Positions 47,276 through 55,296 of a stretch of 55,296 nt of DNA are shown here, piece by piece. The stretch lies in assembly GCA_023257795.1 (NCBI GenBank), contig JALRBL010000016.1:1-55296 (forward strand). Direction: 5' to 3'. The translations under genes and the position numbers were made by a program. This DNA comes from Gammaproteobacteria bacterium (lineage in GTDB: Bacteria > Pseudomonadota > Gammaproteobacteria > Magnimaribacterales > D2472). Every line of letters starts with the position of its first letter. The stretch's first letter is position 1. The notes under the pieces are model-generated. The model did no database searches, was not told the origin of the DNA, and saw only the letters and a program-made list of their open reading frames with translations.

Positions 47276-47345
47276 GGCTCGCCCCTTATTTATGTAAAAA
47301 AATTACCAAATGGTTTAATATTCCGCTCTACGTTAATAATATCAT

Positions 47346-47627
47346 ATGGATAAACAAACAGTCAGAACAATTTGCTACCTTTCAAGGCTATCTTTGGACC
47401 AAAATAGTGCTCAAAAAATTGAAAGTGACCTAGATGTTATTTTGTCAATGATTGATGAGCTTCAAGAGGTGGATACTTCAAAAATTGAGCCAATGTTCAG
47501 CCCTATAGAGCAAACGGCAATAGTTTATGATGATGTTATCTCCTCAGATAACCTCAAAGAAGACTTTCTTACACAAGCACCCAATTCGGATAATAACTTT
47601 TTTAAAGTTCCTAAGGTTGTCGAGTGA
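47346..47627 (+). CDS. gatC: Asp/Glu-tRNA amidotransferase subunit C
   Basis: 93 aa. Sits upstream of gatA with an overlapping stop/start and is divergent from mreB as in Pseudomonas. Confidence 0.88.
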   Translation: MDKQTVRTICYLSRLSLDQNSAQKIESDLDVILSMIDELQEVDTSKIEPMFSPIEQTAIVYDDVISSDNLKEDFLTQAPNSDNNFFKVPKVVE

Positions 47628-49069
47628 TACAAAACAAGACGATTTCCGAGCTTCATGAGATGCTCGCAAACAAAGAAATTACTCCATCTGAGCTTACAGA
47701 AGAAAGTATTTCGCTAGCAAAAAGATATGCATCATTGAACTGCTTTAATGTTATTAACGAAGAAGCAGCTATAGCTCAGAGTAGAAATTTGTCATTTGAT
47801 TCAAATAATCTATTGAGTTGTATCCCAATTGCACACAAAGACCTCTTTTGTATTAAAGATTTAGAAACTACTTGTAGCTCAAAAATTTTAGAAGGCTATA
47901 AACCTCCTTATACAGCAACAGTTGTTAAAAATCTTGAAAATGCTGGTTGTATTACTATTGCAAAAACTAACATGGATGAATTTGCTATGGGATCTTCTAA
48001 TGAAACTAGTTACTTTGGAAATGTTCATAATCCTTGGCTGAAGAATCATGTGCCGGGTGGAAGCAGTGGAGGTGCCGCAGCATCAGTGGCTAGCGGCATA
48101 GTCCCACTGGCAACAGGTACTGATACTGGTGGTTCAATTAGACAGCCAGCTGCCTTATGCAATTTAACAGGATTAAAGCCTACCTATGGCAGAATTTCCA
48201 GATGGGGGATGATTGCTTTTGCATCTAGTTTGGATCAAGCAGGACCCATAGCTCATACAGCTAAGGATTGTGCTATAGCTCTAGATGCTATGACTGGTCA
48301 TGACTCTAAAGACTCTACCTCACTTCATCTGGGTAAAACAACGACACTAGAAACGTTAGAAAAACATACCTCATTAACCCTGGGGATTGTAAAAGAATTT
48401 AATGGCCAACTTTCTGCAGAAATGGAATTAGCATTTCAAAAATCGATTATGACCTATCAAAGCTTGGGATATAAAATAAAAGAAATTACGTTACCAAATA
48501 TAAAATATTCAGTACCTACTTATTACGTCATAGCTCCAGCAGAATGCTCATCAAATCTCTCAAGGTTTGATGGTGTAAGATTTGGCTTTAGATCTAAGAA
48601 CATTCAAAACCTTGAAGATTTGTATGTCAAATCTCGTTCTGAAGGGTTTGGTAATGAAGTCAAAAGAAGGATTTTAATCGGTACTTATGTTCTATCTGCT
48701 GGATATTACGATGCTTACTACAAGAAAGCTCAGCAGGTTAGAAGACTGATTGCAGAGGATTTTAATTCTGCCTTCAAGGAATGTGATCTAATACTCACGC
48801 CAACCTCTCCTGGCACTACTTTTGCTTTCGATTCAAAGGGCTCCAAAGATCCTACTGAACTATATCTGGAAGATCTTTTTACAATTGCGGCAAACCTTGC
48901 TGGCATTCCTGCTATTTCAGTTCCTCAAGCGTTTGTAAATAATCTCCCTTCTGGACACCAGCTTATTGGCCCCCACTTGAGTGAGTCAGCAATACTACAA
49001 ACTGCTCATCATTTTCAGCTTAATTCTGATTGGCATCTAAAATCACCTTCAATGGAGAGTTTTCTATGA
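47624..49069 (+). CDS. gatA: Asp/Glu-tRNA amidotransferase subunit A
   Basis: 481 aa with the amidase signature GGSSGGAAASVA...GTDTGGSIRQPA. Confidence 0.96.
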   Translation: MIQNKTISELHEMLANKEITPSELTEESISLAKRYASLNCFNVINEEAAIAQSRNLSFDSNNLLSCIPIAHKDLFCIKDLETTCSSKILEGYKPPYTATVVKNLENAGCITIAKTNMDEFAMGSSNETSYFGNVHNPWLKNHVPGGSSGGAAASVASGIVPLATGTDTGGSIRQPAALCNLTGLKPTYGRISRWGMIAFASSLDQAGPIAHTAKDCAIALDAMTGHDSKDSTSLHLGKTTTLETLEKHTSLTLGIVKEFNGQLSAEMELAFQKSIMTYQSLGYKIKEITLPNIKYSVPTYYVIAPAECSSNLSRFDGVRFGFRSKNIQNLEDLYVKSRSEGFGNEVKRRILIGTYVLSAGYYDAYYKKAQQVRRLIAEDFNSAFKECDLILTPTSPGTTFAFDSKGSKDPTELYLEDLFTIAANLAGIPAISVPQAFVNNLPSGHQLIGPHLSESAILQTAHHFQLNSDWHLKSPSMESFL

Positions 49070-50496
49070 CCTGGGAGGCAGTAATCGGTTTAGAAGCGCA
49101 TGTTCAACTTTCAACGAAGACTAAGTTATTTTCTAGGGCATCCACTAGCTTTGGCGCTGATCCTAACACAAATGTAAATTTGGTGGATTGTGGGCTACCA
49201 GGTGTATTACCAACTGTAAACAGAGAAGCTTTTTATAAAGCAATTCGTTTTGGCTTAGCAATTGATGCAACCATTAATCAAACTTCCCATTTTGATAGGA
49301 AAAACTATTTTTACCCTGATTTGCCAAAAGGATACCAAATAACCCAAATGGAAAGACCGATAGTTTTGGGCGGATTCGTTGAAATTAATGTTGATGGAAT
49401 TAAAAAAATTATAAACATTACTAGGGCCCATCTTGAGGAAGATGCAGGAAAATCAATTCATGATGCTGATCCAAACAATAGCTTGATAGACCTCAATAGG
49501 GCTGGGACCCCTCTTCTGGAGATAGTTAGTGAGCCAGAAATATCCTCTGCTAAAGAAGCTGTTGCCTACATGAAGGCTTTGCATCAACTAATAACTTTTT
49601 TAGATGTTTCAGATGGGAATATGTCTCAAGGTTCAATGAGATGCGATGCAAATGTTTCTATTCGGAAAGCAGGCTCGCAAGAATTAGGCACTAGAACAGA
49701 AATAAAAAATATAAACTCATTTAGATTTATAGAAAAAGCTATTAATTTTGAAATCAAAAGGCAAATAAGGGTATTAGAGAGTGGAGATAAAATTATCCAA
49801 GAAACTCGTCTCTATGATTCAGTGAAAGATGAAACTAGGCCCATGAGAACCAAGGAATTTGCTAATGACTATAGGTACTTCCCGGAACCAGACTTGCTTC
49901 CTATTGTTATTAGTAATGAAGAAATTGAAGAAATTAAAAATAATTTCCCTGAATTGCCTAAGCATAAAAAAATACGCTACCTGAATGACCTGCAGTTAAG
50001 TGAGAATGATGCTGAGATCCTCTCTTCAACCAAATCTTTATCGGTGATATTTGAAGAGCTGTTAAATACTGGCAATAACGCTGTACTTGCAGCAAGATGG
50101 TTGGTAGGAGATGTCAGCGCACTTTTAAATAAAGATCAAATTGAAATAGAAGAGTCAAAGCTTGATGCTAAATTAATTAGCGAGCTTTTGAAGAATATAG
50201 AAAATAATACAATCTCAGGAAAAATTGCTAAAGAAGTTCTTGAAGAATGTTATCAAACTGGAGCGTCTCCTAACTCAGTTATAGAATCAAAAGGCTTGAA
50301 ACAAATTACAAATACCAATGAACTTCAATCTATTTTGCAAGATATTGTGAACGCAAATCCTGAACAGGTTAACCAATTCAAGTCAGGTAAAGATAAATTA
50401 TTTGGTTATTTTGTTGGTCAGGCTATGAAAGCAACACAAGGAAAAGGTAATCCGGAACTAATCAATAAAATCTTAAGAGAATTATTGGCTAAGTAA
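49066..50496 (+). CDS. gatB: Asp/Glu-tRNA amidotransferase subunit B
   Basis: MTWEAVIGLEAHVQL... The start at 49066 forms an ATGA overlap with the gatA stop. The ORF-track start at 49030 lies inside gatA. Confidence 0.95.
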   Translation: MTWEAVIGLEAHVQLSTKTKLFSRASTSFGADPNTNVNLVDCGLPGVLPTVNREAFYKAIRFGLAIDATINQTSHFDRKNYFYPDLPKGYQITQMERPIVLGGFVEINVDGIKKIINITRAHLEEDAGKSIHDADPNNSLIDLNRAGTPLLEIVSEPEISSAKEAVAYMKALHQLITFLDVSDGNMSQGSMRCDANVSIRKAGSQELGTRTEIKNINSFRFIEKAINFEIKRQIRVLESGDKIIQETRLYDSVKDETRPMRTKEFANDYRYFPEPDLLPIVISNEEIEEIKNNFPELPKHKKIRYLNDLQLSENDAEILSSTKSLSVIFEELLNTGNNAVLAARWLVGDVSALLNKDQIEIEESKLDAKLISELLKNIENNTISGKIAKEVLEECYQTGASPNSVIESKGLKQITNTNELQSILQDIVNANPEQVNQFKSGKDKLFGYFVGQAMKATQGKGNPELINKILRELLAK

Positions 50497-50947
50497 CCCA
50501 AAGGCTTAAAGTCTCAGCGATAAATGCTGGCTTTTGAACGCCCTGTATCTCCATGGTAACTTCATTTTTTACAAGATAATGACCTGGATTTTTTTCAGTA
50601 ATATCTTTTACCAAGGTATGCAATCTAACATTTGAATTAACTGCCACCGGACTTAAAAAACGTACCTTATCTAGGCCATAGTTTAGCCCCATTTTTGCTC
50701 CCTCCACAAATAAGGCAGTCTCTTGCCCAAGACCCGCACACAGAGAAAGTGACAAGAAGCCGTGTGCAATGGTTGAACCAAAAATTGGTTTTGCTTTTTC
50801 AGGATCAACATGAATAAACTGATGATCCATAGTTGCTTCTGCAAATGCGTTAATTCTGTCTTGATCAATTTTAAACCAATCTGTATAGCCAAGATCTTTC
50901 CCTATGCATTCAAATAGATCTTCTTTTTTTACAATTGTCATAGCCAT
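50489..50947 (-). CDS. MaoC-like (R)-specific enoyl-CoA hydratase / hot-dog dehydratase
   Basis: 152 aa with DQDRINAFAEATMDHQFIHVDPEKA...FGSTIAHGF, a typical MaoC dehydratase motif. Confidence 0.85.
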   Translation of the reverse strand: MAMTIVKKEDLFECIGKDLGYTDWFKIDQDRINAFAEATMDHQFIHVDPEKAKPIFGSTIAHGFLSLSLCAGLGQETALFVEGAKMGLNYGLDKVRFLSPVAVNSNVRLHTLVKDITEKNPGHYLVKNEVTMEIQGVQKPAFIAETLSLWVT

Positions 50948-50949
50948 TA

Positions 50950-52557
50950 TTAATTCTCCATTAAATGATGTTTGTACTTTTCTCGGAGTTCAACTTTTAA
51001 GAGTTTGCCAGTTGCTCCATGCGGAAGGTTGTCAACTTTAATAATATCGTCTGGCAACCACCATTTAGCAACCTTTTCAGACAAATATTCATTAATAGAA
51101 GTTTTGTCTAAATCACCCTTACATATAACTAACAGTATAGGTCTTTCATCCCATTTAGGATGAGGAACACCTACCACGCATGCTTCCTCAATATCAGGAT
51201 GGCCTACTGCAGCATTCTCTAAGTCAATAGAGCTAATCCATTCTCCACCGCTTTTAATTACATCCTTCGCCCTATCCATTATTTGCATGCAGCCATCAGG
51301 GAATATAGTTGCAACATCTCCAGTATCAAACCAACCCTCGTCATCAACTGCAGGGGATTCTGCTTTAAAATAACTTTCTATTATCCAAGGTCCTCTTACT
51401 TTCAATGCTCCTTGTGCTTTGCCATCTCTTGGCAGCTGATTATTATCATCATCTACTATTTTTAGCTCGACACCGAACAATGGGTATCCTTGTTTAGTTT
51501 GCAATGCATATCTTTCTTCATCAGGTAATTGCATCATTTTCTTGCTTGGTAAATTTAGAGTTCCAAGGGGACTCATTTCTGTCATGCCCCAACCGTGTAC
51601 TAAAAAGGTATTATGTTTTTGATTAAATTCTTTAATCATTGCCAAAGGAGCAGCAGAACCCCCTACCATAACCTTCTCAATGCCCTGTAAAGTTAAATTA
51701 TTCTCTTTCAAATAATTGAGAAGTCCTAGCCAGACAGTGGGAACACCCATTAAGACAGATGCGTTCTCATTGCTAATAAGCTCATAAAGAGATGCTCCAT
51801 CCAAAGCTTGGCCTGGAAGAATTAATTTATGTCCATTCATTAAAGTGGTATAGGGTGTTCCCCAGGCATTAACATGAAACATAGGCACAACTGGGAGAAC
51901 AGAACTATTGGTATCAAAACGAAGAGCATTGCCTGCAGCCCATGAATGCAACATGGTTGATCTATGAGAATATAGTACTCCTTTAGGATTTCCGGTCGTG
52001 CCAGATGTATAGCATAGAGCTGCAGCATCTAATTCGTCTACATCAGTCCAATTTTCAATCGGCTGAGTTGATGCCAATAGTTCATCATAAAAATGCAAAT
52101 TATTGATACCTAATTCAGTGTTCTTTTTTGGCCCCATAAGGATAATATGGGGAGAGTTTTGCAGATGCTCTTGAACTGCCGCAATTAATGGCAAAAAAGT
52201 TTCATCGACAAATACAACCTTATCTTCAGCATGATTTAGAATATAAATTAGTTGCTCTGGAAACAATCTAGGATTAATCGTATGAAGTACTGCTCCCATA
52301 CCTGTTACCCCAAAATAGACTTCAAAATGTCGAGAATTGTTCCAAGCAATAGTACCCACTCTATCACCTTGATGAACACCAAAATTCAATAACATTGTTG
52401 CAACCCTTCTTGATCTGGATAGACAATCACCTACTGTAATTTTAGAAATTGAGTTATCAAGTTCTCTGCTAACAATTTCTGCATCAAAAGAGTATTTTTC
52501 TGCATGATCTATGAGCTTGGGAACAGTGACATCCCAGTTGAGCATATTACCTTTCAT
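50950..52557 (-). CDS. Acyl-CoA synthetase (AMP-forming, long/medium-chain fatty-acid--CoA ligase family)
   Basis: 535 aa with the AMP-binding motif [12 protein letters not shown] and GWGMTE. The alternative start at 52545 (MLNWD) is equally possible. Confidence 0.9.
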   Translation of the reverse strand: MKGNMLNWDVTVPKLIDHAEKYSFDAEIVSRELDNSISKITVGDCLSRSRRVATMLLNFGVHQGDRVGTIAWNNSRHFEVYFGVTGMGAVLHTINPRLFPEQLIYILNHAEDKVVFVDETFLPLIAAVQEHLQNSPHIILMGPKKNTELGINNLHFYDELLASTQPIENWTDVDELDAAALCYTSGTTGNPKGVLYSHRSTMLHSWAAGNALRFDTNSSVLPVVPMFHVNAWGTPYTTLMNGHKLILPGQALDGASLYELISNENASVLMGVPTVWLGLLNYLKENNLTLQGIEKVMVGGSAAPLAMIKEFNQKHNTFLVHGWGMTEMSPLGTLNLPSKKMMQLPDEERYALQTKQGYPLFGVELKIVDDDNNQLPRDGKAQGALKVRGPWIIESYFKAESPAVDDEGWFDTGDVATIFPDGCMQIMDRAKDVIKSGGEWISSIDLENAAVGHPDIEEACVVGVPHPKWDERPILLVICKGDLDKTSINEYLSEKVAKWWLPDDIIKVDNLPHGATGKLLKVELREKYKHHLMEN

Positions 52558-53620
52558 TAGAATCTCCCCTTAAAATATTGAAACGCTTTAACAAAGTATC
52601 TTTCTGAAGCTCTCCATGAAGCATTTCTTGCAAGAGCTGTTTCAACTGATGCAAATAAGTATACATTTCTTGCTTTAACGGGTCATTCCATTGCCATAAT
52701 AAATAACCCAGATTTTCTAGATCGCTTGTTGGATTGCAACTTTTAATTTCAAATTCAAATAGATGCTGAATTTCATAAAAGGCTTTGGGTAAATTTCTTG
52801 ATGCAAGTATATCCTTTCTATTTTTGTAGTTGAGCACTCCAGCAGAGAATAACTCAAGATAAATCTGATCTAGTAAAAGTGAACCTGTTGCATTTATGAG
52901 CACTCCATCCAAATGATTACGTTGTTCTGAATCAATAGTGCAAAATTCAGAAAATTGAATTTTTGGAACACAGTAATCATTAGCATAAAAATTATCCCAT
53001 ATGATTAATTCCCTGTTATGGATTAGCTTTTTTAGTTCTTTTAAGTATTCGGTAGGATAATCTTTGGATACAACTTTTTTGCCGGTAAAAAATAATGCAA
53101 TACTGGTATCAAGACCACCTAAAAAATCATGCAGATATTTATTTGCAAAAATATTTTTTTCTTGACTTACTTGATCGGAATAAACCTGAGGGACTGCATA
53201 TAGTTTGATCGAATTTAAATCTCTTGCTAAGTGATTGAGAATTTCTTGGTGAGTTTTTCCAGAGTTTTCTTTAAAAAGATCATCTAATAAAAGACAACAT
53301 GATGACAAACCAAGATCGATAAATCTTTTAAACTTTGAAAGTAAAATAGGATAATCTGAGTGAAAATCAAAATCATTTCCTGGAGAGATGCCAAATATTA
53401 TTTCAATATGATTTTTATCCGCGCACTGGATTAAGCCAGCAAAACTATCTATAAATTCTTGATCATAGTCTTCTCGCCAAGACATCCGATGTTTTGCATC
53501 TTCTTTGGGGCTATAAAGATAGTGAGACATACCCAAAGAGCCCATCTGATTAATCAAAAATTCTCTTTCTTTAAAAGAAAGCTGCTTGCCGTAATAACCT
53601 TCGATATATCCAGTCTTCAT
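52547..53620 (-). CDS. GH84-family beta-N-acetylglucosaminidase (O-GlcNAcase/NagJ-like), no signal peptide
   Basis: 357 aa. GYIEGYYGKQLS, YLYSPKEDAKH..WREDY, IIFGISPG, catalytic LLLDDL, VPQVY and IIWDNFYANDY align motif for motif with the Bacteroides/Clostridium GH84 catalytic domains as I recall them. Confidence 0.8.
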   Translation of the reverse strand: MKTGYIEGYYGKQLSFKEREFLINQMGSLGMSHYLYSPKEDAKHRMSWREDYDQEFIDSFAGLIQCADKNHIEIIFGISPGNDFDFHSDYPILLSKFKRFIDLGLSSCCLLLDDLFKENSGKTHQEILNHLARDLNSIKLYAVPQVYSDQVSQEKNIFANKYLHDFLGGLDTSIALFFTGKKVVSKDYPTEYLKELKKLIHNRELIIWDNFYANDYCVPKIQFSEFCTIDSEQRNHLDGVLINATGSLLLDQIYLELFSAGVLNYKNRKDILASRNLPKAFYEIQHLFEFEIKSCNPTSDLENLGYLLWQWNDPLKQEMYTYLHQLKQLLQEMLHGELQKDTLLKRFNILRGDSNER

Positions 53621-53871
53621 TTATGATAGCAATTTGAGCAATTTGAATCCTGATTGATACGAATTTGCCTAACACCATTATCACCTAAATTAAAAACAGT
53701 TAAAGACTTAGGTGCCATATCTGAATGAATGTAATTCAATAAAACCATGTTCATATAAGAGCCAACCATCCCAAGCAGCATGGGAACAATACCGGCATTT
53801 GAGCATGATATCTCTGATTGACTTTTTCCATCTTTAGGAAAAAAAAACCCTAAATACGACACTACTTTCAT
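53617..53871 (-). pseudogene. ThiF/MoeB-family (E1-like) C-terminal fragment only; N-terminal Rossmann/ATP domain absent
   Basis: 84 aa. SCSNAGIVPMLLGMVGSYMNMVLLNYI...LTVFNL.....RQIRINQDSNCSNC parallels the last ~80 aa of MoeB/ThiF (C..AGV.GP..G..G...A.E..K...G...L..FD.......L......CxxC). An in-frame stop lies at 53914-16 and no GxGxxG domain is found upstream. Its stop overlaps the GH84 start (ATGA). Confidence 0.55.
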
Positions 53872-54082
53872 AACTAATTTTGCTGCAAAATTTGGATCTC
53901 CTGCCTTAGCTTTTTATGCAATAACCTCAACAGGCGTCACCTTTGATACATTTGTACATTATTTTTTTTACACATTAATAGCAGTAGTTGGTTTTTCTAT
54001 TATTGGATTAATTGTTCTTATTGTTCAAAAGAGAGATTTTATAACTGAGTTACCACCTCTAATTCTTCCAAATTGTGGAAAT

Positions 54083-54664
54083 ATGGGTTTGCCGATTTGT
54101 TTATTTGCTTATGGTAAATTAGGTATGGGAATTGCCTCGTCTATATCTGCATTTATTATAATTTCACATTTTACTTTTGGAATTTTTTTAGCAAGCAAAA
54201 AAATTAGTTTCAAAGTATTGATTGAAAGCACCCCTGTTTATGCAGTGTTAATTTCTGTTGTATTATTGTACTACAATATCAAAGCACCAGTGTTTATTGA
54301 AAATACTGCTTTTCTTCTTGCCTATTCAACAATTGCAATGATTCTAATGTCTTTAGGTATAGCTCTTACAAAATTAAAAGTTTTTTCATTTAAAAATGCA
54401 GTCATTTCATCATTTGCTCGTTTATTCTTAGGTCCAATAATTGGATTATTAATTATTTACTTATTTGATTTAAATGGTTTAGCAGCAGGTGTTTTATTTA
54501 TTCAGACTGCAATGCCTAGCGCTATACTTACCTATTTAGTTGGATCGATGTATTCTTCAAAAGAAACAGTTAATAGTATCGCGAGTACAATTGTGGTTTC
54601 AACTATTCTTTCTTTTTTTACAATACCAATAATAGTTTTTATAGCTCTTAAATATTTTATTTAG
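54083..54664 (+). CDS. AEC-family (auxin efflux carrier/Mem_trans) transporter, N-terminally truncated (possible pseudogene)
   Basis: The first usable start is the ATG at 54083 (193 aa). The same frame is open back to 53822 and encodes AEC-like sequence (NFAAKFGSPALAFYAITS...LPNCGNMGLPI) with no ATG, GTG or TTG. The first TM segment (~25-40 aa) of a normal ~300-aa AEC protein is missing. Confidence 0.6.
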   Translation: MGLPICLFAYGKLGMGIASSISAFIIISHFTFGIFLASKKISFKVLIESTPVYAVLISVVLLYYNIKAPVFIENTAFLLAYSTIAMILMSLGIALTKLKVFSFKNAVISSFARLFLGPIIGLLIIYLFDLNGLAAGVLFIQTAMPSAILTYLVGSMYSSKETVNSIASTIVVSTILSFFTIPIIVFIALKYFI

Positions 54665-55296
54665 CTAAACGCAAGTCCTCTTCAATATAAATTTTAATAA
54701 TTTCATCAAAGTTTGTTTCAGCTTTAAATCCTAATTTTTTTGCTCTGCTGGCTTCTAAATCTTTCGCCCAAGAACCTACAATTTTTTGAATGTCGCCATC
54801 TGCTTTATACTTAATTAGTTTTACAATCTCATTTCCTGATATTCTTTTAAGAGATTCAATTTGTTCTTGTACAGTTGCTGATAGCCCTGGCATATTTAAG
54901 GTAATCCTATTTTCTAACTTTTTAGTATCAAGTTCTGCTGCGTGAATTAAAAAATGTATTGCAGATCTAGGAGAAGCAAAATAATGCCTTGTATCAGTGC
55001 TTACTGGAAGTATTGCTTCTTGACCATTAAGAGGTTCTCTTATTATCCCTGAAAAAAAACCTGATGCTGCTAAATTAGGCTTGCCAGGTCTAACGCATAT
55101 AGTTGGAAATCTAATAGAAATACCATCAATAATGCCTTTTCTAGAATAGTCAGACAATAGAAGTTCTGAGACAAATTTTTGACTTCCATATGAAGTTAAA
55201 GGTGTCGTGAAAAATTCATCATTAATTCTATCAGGAAAGGGTGCCCCAAAAACAGCTAGAGAACTAGTAAATACTAATTTTGGATGATAATTTTGG
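54657..55296 (-). CDS. NAD-dependent epimerase/dehydratase-family SDR, DenD (D-erythronate dehydrogenase)-like; 5' end outside the window
   Basis: The frame is open to the window edge (..YHPKLVFTSSLAVFGAPFP...YGSQKFVSELLLSDYSRKG). The ORF-track M at 55157 is an internal TTG. ISIRFPTICVRPGKPNLAASGFFSGIIREPLNG resembles the DenD family. Confidence 0.75.
   Translation of the reverse strand, partial: QNYHPKLVFTSSLAVFGAPFPDRINDEFFTTPLTSYGSQKFVSELLLSDYSRKGIIDGISIRFPTICVRPGKPNLAASGFFSGIIREPLNGQEAILPVSTDTRHYFASPRSAIHFLIHAAELDTKKLENRITLNMPGLSATVQEQIESLKRISGNEIVKLIKYKADGDIQKIVGSWAKDLEASRAKKLGFKAETNFDEIIKIYIEEDLRLAK

Noticed and set aside
49030-49065. Upstream start for gatB (MASKITFNGEFS...)
   Set aside because: It lies inside the gatA coding region. 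The ATG at 49066 gives the conserved MTWEAVIGLEAHVQL N-terminus and an ATGA coupling with the gatA stop.
53780-53821. Mini-ORF MGTIPAFEHDISD-TGA in the same frame as the AEC transporter, considered as its missing N-terminus via stop read-through or mutation
   Set aside because: The peptide is acidic and not hydrophobic, so it cannot be the missing first TM helix. The stretch is better explained as coding for the ThiF-like fragment on the opposite strand.
1-55296. Search for CRISPR arrays, IS elements, integrases, tRNA or rRNA genes, prophage or defence-island signatures
   Set aside because: Only three non-coding gaps exceed about 60 nt apart from the rnpB locus: the 63-nt spacer 5872..5934, the 64-nt spacer after ftsA and the 70-nt mreB/gatC gap. 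No spaced direct-repeat arrays were seen, and no transposase, recombinase, nuclease or ATPase defence-type ORFs. Every sizeable ORF has a housekeeping or metabolic assignment.

Overview
This is a visibly AT-rich window (roughly one-third G+C by eye, not computed) with very high gene density. It looks like core chromosome from a streamlined gammaproteobacterium. The gene order follows the conserved Pseudomonas/E. coli-type blocks, joined almost without spacers: surE-ispDF-ftsB-eno-kdsA-pyrG; alr-dnaB-rplI-rpsR-rpsF; the complete dcw cell-wall/division cluster; rnpB-rsmI/lpoA; sspA-petCBA-rpsI-rplM-zapE; degS-like; murA-ibaG-mlaC; kdsD-lptA-lptB-rpoN; mgtE; yhdP-like-mreDCB; gatCAB; and a less conserved right-hand end (MaoC dehydratase, acyl-CoA ligase, GH84 glycosidase, ThiF/MoeB fragment, truncated AEC transporter, DenD-like SDR). 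I can support about 58 CDS, one RNase P RNA and a few regulatory sites. I found no tRNA, rRNA, CRISPR array, IS element, integrase or prophage. I do not see a defence island or an obviously new multi-gene system; this is mostly housekeeping DNA. The items most worth a second look are: (1) ftsZ has moved from its near-universal position after ftsA to the head of the dcw cluster (mraZ-ftsZ-rsmH). (2) Five phased AAAGTG(T/G) direct repeats lie just upstream of mraZ and look like an MraZ operator. (3) At about 53.8-53.9 kb a C-terminal-only ThiF/MoeB remnant and an N-terminally truncated AEC transporter meet head to head over a 17-bp palindrome. (4) A translationally coupled chain runs ThiF remnant-cytoplasmic GH84 (O-GlcNAcase-like)-acyl-CoA ligase-MaoC dehydratase. 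(5) Neighbours are systematically missing from conserved envelope loci (mlaFED/mlaB, kdsC, lptC, priB, sspB, maf/rng, hpf/ptsN). (6) All five convergent gene pairs abut or overlap at their stop codons, leaving no room for terminators. The ORF track shows TTG and GTG starts as M, so I re-trimmed several 5' ends.
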